DNA of 64,000 nucleotides from NCBI RefSeq assembly GCF_055900595.2, contig NZ_CM148325.1; one strand, 5' to 3'. Shown piece by piece: positions 63,842 to 64,000 of this stretch (position 1 is its first letter; each line of letters starts with the position of its first letter). The notes under the pieces were generated by a model. It saw only the letters and a program-made list of their open reading frames with translations, ran no database searches and was not told where the DNA came from. The position numbers and the translations under genes were made by a program.

Positions 63842-64000
63842 ATGTCAATCGACGGGGACTCTCCCCGTCATAAACGTTAACGCCCCACTCCTCTCTGTCG
63901 CTTAAGAGGTTAATGACGAATAGAACATAATGTAAACAAGACATCACTCACGACACATAAATAACATCTTTGTGGTGGTTTGATTGATTTTTCCACTCCG

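Overview
This window reads as an Escherichia coli-like chromosomal segment, collinear (in inverted orientation) with the K-12 rssA–ychJ–purU–tyrTV–narGHJI–narK–narXL–cha–ldr–kdsA–prfA–hemA–prs–dauA–pth–ychF–ycgV–dha–treA–dadAX–fadR–nhaB–dsbB–umuDC–hlyE–pliG region. Gene identities come from reading the six-frame translations against remembered protein families and gene order; no database search was run. Almost everything is conserved core genome. The strongest candidate for something undescribed is a single gene of about 466 aa (49400..50800) encoding a YopM/IpaH-type bacterial leucine-rich-repeat protein with an acidic Leu/Glu-periodic C-terminal tail, sitting in a roughly 2.2 kb stretch between cvrA and dadX that I recall as adjacent in K-12. 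Other departures from the K-12 picture are an in-frame amber codon in chaC, a decayed TonB-dependent receptor remnant next to treA, two rather than three ldr type I toxin units, and a stop codon in the tpr reading frame of both tyrT-distal repeats. No CRISPR array, IS element, integrase or prophage structure was recognised.
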